Shown here: positions 58,309 through 64,000 of the stretch, one piece after another | Layout: each line of letters starts with the position of its first letter | Position numbering within the stretch: position 1 is the stretch's first letter | From: Felis catus | Taxonomy: Eukaryota | Length of the DNA stretch: 64,000 nt | Direction: 5' to 3' | NCBI RefSeq assembly: GCF_018350175.1 | Contig: NC_058377.1 | Location: 15,934,001-15,998,000, forward strand | Translations under genes and position numbers: made by a program | Notes under the pieces: generated by a model | What the model saw: the letters and a program-made list of their open reading frames with translations, nothing else | Told to the model about the DNA's origin: nothing | Databases searched by the model: none

Positions 58309-59982
58309 CCAACCTCTCTCTCTCTCTCTCTCTGTCTCTCTCAAAATAGATAAACTTTTTAAAAAAATAACCTTAAGATTATTTCATATCAATAAGTAAA
58401 GGAACTTTTTTTTTTAATGCAGCCATGTTGTACAGATATGCTGTATTTTATTTAACCAATGCTCTACTGATGGACATTTAAGTTGCTTCCAATATTTTGT
58501 TCTTACGATGCTGTAATGACTAACATTGTATAAGTGTCATCTAAAAAAAATAATTGTATTGAGGTATAGTTTACATACCATAAAATTCACTCATTTTAAG
58601 CAATTTCTCCTGTTCTCCGTGTTAGAGAATTTACTCAATTGTACCATCATCACCATAAACCAGTTGTAGAACATTTTCATCGCCTTCTTCAGATTCCTTG
58701 TGCTGTTTCCAGTCATTCCCTGTTCCCACCCTCAGCCCCAGGCGATGACTATTATCTTTTCTGTCGCATCAGATTTGCCTTTTCTGGACATTTCATATAA
58801 ATGGAATTATATAAGCTGCTCTGGACATTCTCATGTTAATCTTTGTGTGGGTGTCTTCATTTCTCTCGGGTTGATTCATGGGTGTGAAGGATTGCTCGGT
58901 TGTATGGTAAATCTCTGTTTAGCTTTTTAAGAAACTCCCTGTACCATTTTACATGCCCACTAGCAATGGGTGAGGGTTTCTGTTTCTCCACATCCTCACC
59001 AATATTTGTTACTATATATTTTTTTAGTATAGCCATTCTCGTAGGTATAAAATGGTATTTACTGGACCTTTTATTTGCATTTCCCTAATGACTAATGATG
59101 TTGAACATCTTTTCACATGCTTATTAGCCTTTCTTACATCTTTCGTGAAATGTCTATTCAAATCTTTTTTTTTTTAGTGTTTTTTTTTTTTTTGTCTCAC
59201 TGTTGAATTGAAAGAGTCCTTATATATTTTGAATACAAGTCTTTTATTACAAGACATTATTTGGAAATACATCTACCAGTCTGCGGCTTGCCTTCTCATT
59301 CTCTTCATGGTGACTTTTGAAGCACAAAGAAATTTTAATTTTGATGAAGTCCATTTTATCCATTTTTTCTCTTATGGATTGTGCTTTTGGTATCATGTCT
59401 AAGAACTCTTTGCCAAACCCAAGATCACAAAGATTTCTTCTATGTCTTCTTTTTACAGTTAAAATTTCCATAGTTTTAGTTGTGACATTTGAACATGCGT
59501 AAGACTATTTGTAACAAATACAAATAAATGAAATTTGGATTCTGTAATGTGTTTGCACTTGCAATTTTATTAAATATTGCCAAATTGCACCTAATGGAGG
59601 TTGGACCAGTATATATTCCTAATAATAATAATGGAGAGTGTCTTTTACTCCATACTTTTTGAGCTTTGCCAATCTGATAAGTTAAATATAGCATCGCAGT
59701 GTAGTTTTAATTTACATTCTTCTTATAAAAAATGAGAGCCACGAGTTTTTCCCTCTCATGATATATAGGCTCATATCTTTTTATCTTTTTCTTATTGACT
59801 TGCAACAGCTCTTTACATATGTGGGAAACTAGATCTTTTGTCTGTGATATTAGTTGCAAATATTTTTCCAACTTTGGTATTTGTTCTTTGACTTAATGAT
59901 GATTGGTTTTCTGTGCACATTTTACAAATATCTGCATATAATGTAGAATTCATTGGTCTTTTATGGCTTCTAGGTTGTTTCC

Positions 59983-60825
59983 TTTTTTTTTTTTTTTTTT
60001 TTTTTTTGAGAGTCTGGATGACTTTATTCTTTAAATGGTTTTACCCTTCTCATAGCTCCAGGTGAGACTGAGAGCACTGACCCGGGCTATCCCTCTCTCC
60101 ATTGTCTGACCAGTCACAGAGAGAAGCCAGCAGGATGCTGGCAGAGTCTGACGGCCCTTCTGGGGATGGAGCTAAAGGGGCCTCCCCCAGGCAGGGGTCA
60201 CTTGAGCTCAGCTGCAGTGGGCGACAAAATGGGGTCGACAGATAGGTGGCAGAGAGCTTCAGAATACCTCACAGGGTTGGACAAGGGCTAGGGATGGGAC
60301 GCAGGGACCCTCGGGGGCTCACGACAATTACTGACCTAAGGAAGGGCCTAGGAGAGGAAAAGGTGAAGAGCTTGTGGGGAGGGACAGAGCAATTCAAAGG
60401 AGGGCACAGAAGAACTTCTTCTCCCAGAAGAGGTTCTCCAAAGTGGGCACAGGGGTGATGAGGGGATCCTCGCAGGAGTGGGCATCACAGTAAGCCATCA
60501 AGTCTGCTGCTGCCTTGAACACCTTTATCCGGCACAAGGTGGCTTCACTCTTAAGCTGTTCCACCATCTTGCGGGCTTGCTCAGTACTCATTGTGCTGTT
60601 CACAGGAGTCTCCGCTTTCATCCTGAGGCCACCGGCAGCGAGGGCCCTGTGGGGTAGTCAGTGGGGTGCACAAAACCTGCCTGAGATGGGTGCCCCACCT
60701 TGCAGGAAGTTGCACCTGAAAGTATCTACTGCAGCAGCAGAAACAGCTGATACAAAGAAGGCCACTGGGGAGGGTCAGGGCACAGGTCCCTCGAGGGCTG
60801 GACCCAGTTCCTGCAGCTCAAGCAC
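59983..60825 (-). pseudogene. GNG3: Processed retrocopy of G protein gamma-3 (GNG3); intact 75-aa ORF at 60394..60621
   Basis: Intronless [24 protein letters not shown]...[10 protein letters not shown]...[15 protein letters not shown] at 60023-60028 lies 15 nt before an A25 tail (59983-60007). Degenerate TSD: TCTAGGTTGTTTCCT 59969-59983 versus TCTAGGCTCTTTCCT 60826-60840. Confidence 0.92.
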
Positions 60826-61895
60826 TCTAGGCTCTTTCCTATTTAGAAAGGTCTTCCCCATTTTAAGATTATTCTTTTAAGAATTTTTTTCCTATGAATT
60901 CCACCAGCATTTTTATGGTGTCATTTCATACGTTTAAATCTTTGATCCATCTTGAATTAATTTTAATGCAAAGGCCAAATATATTGACTAACTTTTAAAC
61001 TCTATAGCTATCCAGTTATTCCAGAACTATTTTTTTTAAGTTTATTTATTTATTTTGAGAGAGACAGATTCAGCATGAGACGGGGAGGGGCAGAGAGAGA
61101 GGGAGAATCCCAAGCAGGCTCTTCACTGTCACCGCAGAACCCAACGAGGGTCTTGAACCTATGAACATGAGATCATGACCTGAGCAGAAACCAAGAAGTG
61201 GACCCCTAACCAACTGAGCCACCCAGGTGCCCCCCGGAACTATTTTTTGAATGATCCATCTTGTGCCTATTGATTTTAAGTGGTGTCACCACTCCAATTT
61301 CACCAGACAAGTACACTTACAGTGTTGTGCAACCATCACCACTATCCATTTCAAGAACTTTTCATCATCTCAACCTCTGTACCCATTAAACAATAATGCC
61401 CCATTCTTTCCTTCCCCCCAGCTCCTAATAACCTCTATTCTACTTTTCTATGTCTATGAATTTGTCTATGCTAGGTACCACATATAAATGGAATTACACA
61501 ATATTTGCCCTTTTGTCTTTGGTTGATTTCACATAACAATGTTTTCAAAGTTTACCCGTGTTACAGCATGTATTAGAATTTCAGACTTTTTAAGGCTGCA
61601 TAACAGTCAATTGCAGGGATATACCACATTTTGTTTATTCATTCATTCGTCCCTGGACATTTTGGGTTGTTTCCACCTTTTGGCTAGTATGAATAATTTT
61701 GCTACGAACATTGGTGTACAAGTACTTGTTTGAGTCTCTGCCTTCAATTCTTTGAGGTTTATACCCAGCAGTGGAATTTATTGCATCATATGGTAATTCT
61801 ATGTTTAACTATTTGAGGAACCACCAAAAATTTCCCCAAAGTGCTGCACTGTTTTACATTCCCATCAGCAATGCTCAAGGGTTGCTATTTCTTCT

Positions 61896-62180
61896 NNNNN
61901 NNNNNNNNNNNNNNNNNNNNNNNNNNNNNNNNNNNNNNNNNNNNNNNNNNNNNNNNNNNNNNNNNNNNNNNNNNNNNNNNNNNNNNNNNNNNNNNNNNNN
62001 NNNNNNNNNNNNNNNNNNNNNNNAAGAANNNNNNNNNNNNNNNNNNNNNNNNNNNNNNNNNNNNNNNNNNNNNNNNNNNNNNNNNNNNNNNNNNNNNNNN
62101 NNNNNNNNNNNNNNNNNNNNNNNNNNNNNNNNNNNNNNNNNNNNNNNNNNNNNNNNNNNNNNNNNNNNNNNNNNNNNNNN
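61896..62180. other. Two assembly gaps (N) separated by 5 called bases (62024-62028)
   Basis: runs of n. Confidence 1.
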
Positions 62181-62499
62181 TTTTTGTTGTTGAGTTGTGT
62201 AAGTTCTTTGTATATTTTGGATGTGAATCCTTTGTCGGATATATGATTTACAATACTGTGTTTCATTCTATGAACTGTCTTTTCACTTGCACTCTTGAAA
62301 AGTATGCTGCTTTCACAGCCTTTGTGTACCTCAAAGTAACCTTGTAGCATGCATATTGACACTTTACAGCAAGAAAAATAAAATCCAAAGCTACCGTATC
62401 TTAGCACACTGCCTGACACCTAATAAGAGCTCAAAATTTTATGTTATTATTATTGTTGTTATTGCTGTTGTTGCCTCATAGATAATAATAATCTATGAA

Positions 62500-62800
62500 G
62501 AGCAACAGAAGCCGCTTCAAAAAGGCACGACACTCGTATTTCACCAAGCTCCAGGCCGCCCCGCGGACACCCCACCTCCCCCAATGCTGTCTTTCTCAGC
62601 CCCTCCTCCAACCCGGCCCCGCCCCCCAGGAGCCCAGAGGCACTTCCGCCCCGCCCACCAGGCTGACGCATGCGCCGTCGAGGTATTTGCGCGCCAGTTC
62701 CCCGAGCTGGGCGGCACACCCTGTTTCCGGCGCCCGGATGAGATTCCGCAAGGCCTGGCGCCTGGTCGTGATGTAAGCTCCGGTTGTCGTGCTGAGTCGG
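62500..62800 (+). promoter_or_regulatory. CpG-island housekeeping promoter (probable UBE4A)
   Basis: High CpG density; ETS CACTTCCG 62641-62648, GC box 62648-62656, CRE half-site TGACGCA 62664-62670, NRF1-like GCATGCGC 62668-62675, CGGAAGT 62798-62804. Confidence 0.8.
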
Positions 62801-62864
62801 AAGTGGGAACCCTTCGGCCGCTAAGACTTCTGTCGTGTCGTCGCTGCTGGCCTTTCAGGCTCTG
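62785..62864 (+). other. UBE4A: Non-coding first exon, probably UBE4A (start approximate)
   Basis: CTCTG|gtaaga donor at 62865 after the CpG promoter; conserved gene order CD3E-CD3D-CD3G-UBE4A; no coding exon visible in the window. Confidence 0.7.
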
Positions 62865-64000
62865 GTAAGAGAGGAAATAGCTTCAGGGGAGGGGGTCGTT
62901 GAGTCTGCGATGGGATATTTTTCTCCTAGTTGAATGCCGCTCCGGGCCTCTGCACTTTTGCCTCCAAATTCCTTCTCCTGTGCTTTCCTGACCCTTGACC
63001 CTCTCCTTCATGAACTTCGACTCTGTCTGATTTGGGAACCCTTTACAGTGCCCCCAGCTTCTGGCATCTCTCCCCTTCTTTGCCATTCCCTTCCAGGAAA
63101 AGGCCAGAATACTGGCCATGCATTATCTTTGGCTTCCTTCCTCTGCTATGAGCGCCGAGTGGGTGGGTCTCCTTCCTTGCCGCGAATCCCTTATGGAACC
63201 TGGACGGATGACATGTAAAGCGTAGACAGCAAATAGCCAGATAGCAAAGAAGGTAATATTGAGCACGGGACGCAGCAATCAAGCCAGCTGAATACATATG
63301 GCAAGATGGTGACATTGCTTCAGCCACCTGATCAGTTCACTACTCAGAACTCTCCTGGCATTCTGCTTCGTTCTCCCTCAGTAAAAGGGTGTAGAAGACA
63401 CTAATAAGATTGCGTAACCACAGCTCGGGAGCTTATATTTGATGGGTCTTCTCTTTGGGATCAGTTTTTCACTCCCAGAACAAGGATGTGTTTAGTCTCA
63501 CTGTTTTGGTCTCACATGGGAGTCCTCCTGAGATAAAATGGGACCCAGGAAAGAATGCTGTCGGCTTTTAGATCCTTCTAACTTGCTGAAATGTTGTTAG
63601 GATCTCTTGCCACATTATCAGGACCTGAAAGGATTTGGGCGTGGAACATATAACAATGAAAACATTTTAATTCTTTTTTGGTTTAATGTATGTATGAGTC
63701 ACCAGGACAGAGACCTTACTGAGTATGGTTTAGTAGAGCTTGATTTTGCCAATCCAGTTTTATGAAGTATTCTACATATTTCTGTTTAAAAGCATTACTG
63801 AGTCTGATGTGAAAACATTTGTGTGCTCACCTTTTTAAGAGCTGACATTGATCCTTAGGGATTAGCAGTACGGTTCATAAACAAAAGATTGAATGGAGGT
63901 GGGGATGAAAGGATTTTTGTAGGACTGGAAATAAGTAGCTATTATAGATGTAGACCCTTGCAGGGAGTATTACCCGAGTGAATTGTGTTTTTAAGTAGGA

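Larger units (their letters stand above)
42..61233. mobile_element. Dispersed feliform Can-SINE (SINEC_Fc-type) copies, about 70 by eye, on both strands
   Basis: Repeated GGGGCGCCTGGGTGGCTCAGTCGGTTAAGCGTCCGACT...GAGTTCGAG (A/B boxes), (CT)n tract, AATAAA and A-tail, often with TSDs. Confidence 0.97.
57870..62300 (-). mobile_element. Mosaic of old antisense L1 fragments (host of the GNG3 retrocopy)
   Basis: Minus-strand ORF 59247..59471 DLGFGKEFLDMIPKAQSIREKMDKMDFIKIK is L1 ORF2; TTTGCATTTCCCTAATGACTAATGATGTTGAACATCTTTTCA. Confidence 0.85.

Noticed and set aside
1105-58399. Dozens of similar 60-100 aa ORFs ([16 protein letters not shown]..., GAPGWRSRLSVRLQPGHDL...) that look like a repeated gene family
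   Set aside because: They are translations of Can-SINE copies, mostly starting at GTG/TTG codons; they are not genes
42-61233. tRNA-like A/B box sequences and regularly recurring repeats (tRNA genes or a CRISPR-like array)
   Set aside because: These are tRNA-derived SINE heads without a cloverleaf; spacing is irregular and the DNA is eukaryotic
61771-62419. ORFs containing long X runs (also at 2704-3022 and 40255-40581)
   Set aside because: Artefacts of N gaps
62459-62868. Overlapping ORFs in the CpG island
   Set aside because: Expected from high GC content; the first exon here appears non-coding

Overview
This is mammalian genomic DNA from a felid (cat family), judged by the feliform Can-SINE subfamilies and a CD3E protein matching the cat sequence as I recall it. 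The window spans the T-cell receptor CD3 cluster. It holds about 25 kb of repeat-rich intergenic DNA, then CD3E (+; 9 exons, CDS 609 nt, 202 aa), CD3D (-; 5 exons, 513 nt, 170 aa) and CD3G (+; 7 exons, 549 nt, 182 aa), with CD3D and CD3G head-to-head. After these come an intronless, poly(A)-tailed GNG3 retrocopy with an intact ORF (-) and a CpG-rich promoter/first exon that is most likely UBE4A. All CD3 exons were assembled by eye with GT-AG junctions and consistent phases. About 70 tRNA-derived SINEs (rough count by eye) plus L1, L2/MIR, ERVL, ERV1-type LTR and hAT remnants fill the rest and explain nearly all small ORFs in the supplied track. There are four N gaps. I see no wholly new biological system. 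The most noteworthy items are the intact GNG3 retrocopy lying divergent to the UBE4A promoter, apparent motif turnover in the CD3E 3' enhancer, a recognisable CD3D deltaA enhancer, a splice-assembled mini-uORF in CD3E, a charge-reduced CD3E basic-rich stretch, and SINE-driven splicing/polyadenylation possibilities. Comparisons to human and mouse sequences are from memory and need alignment to confirm.
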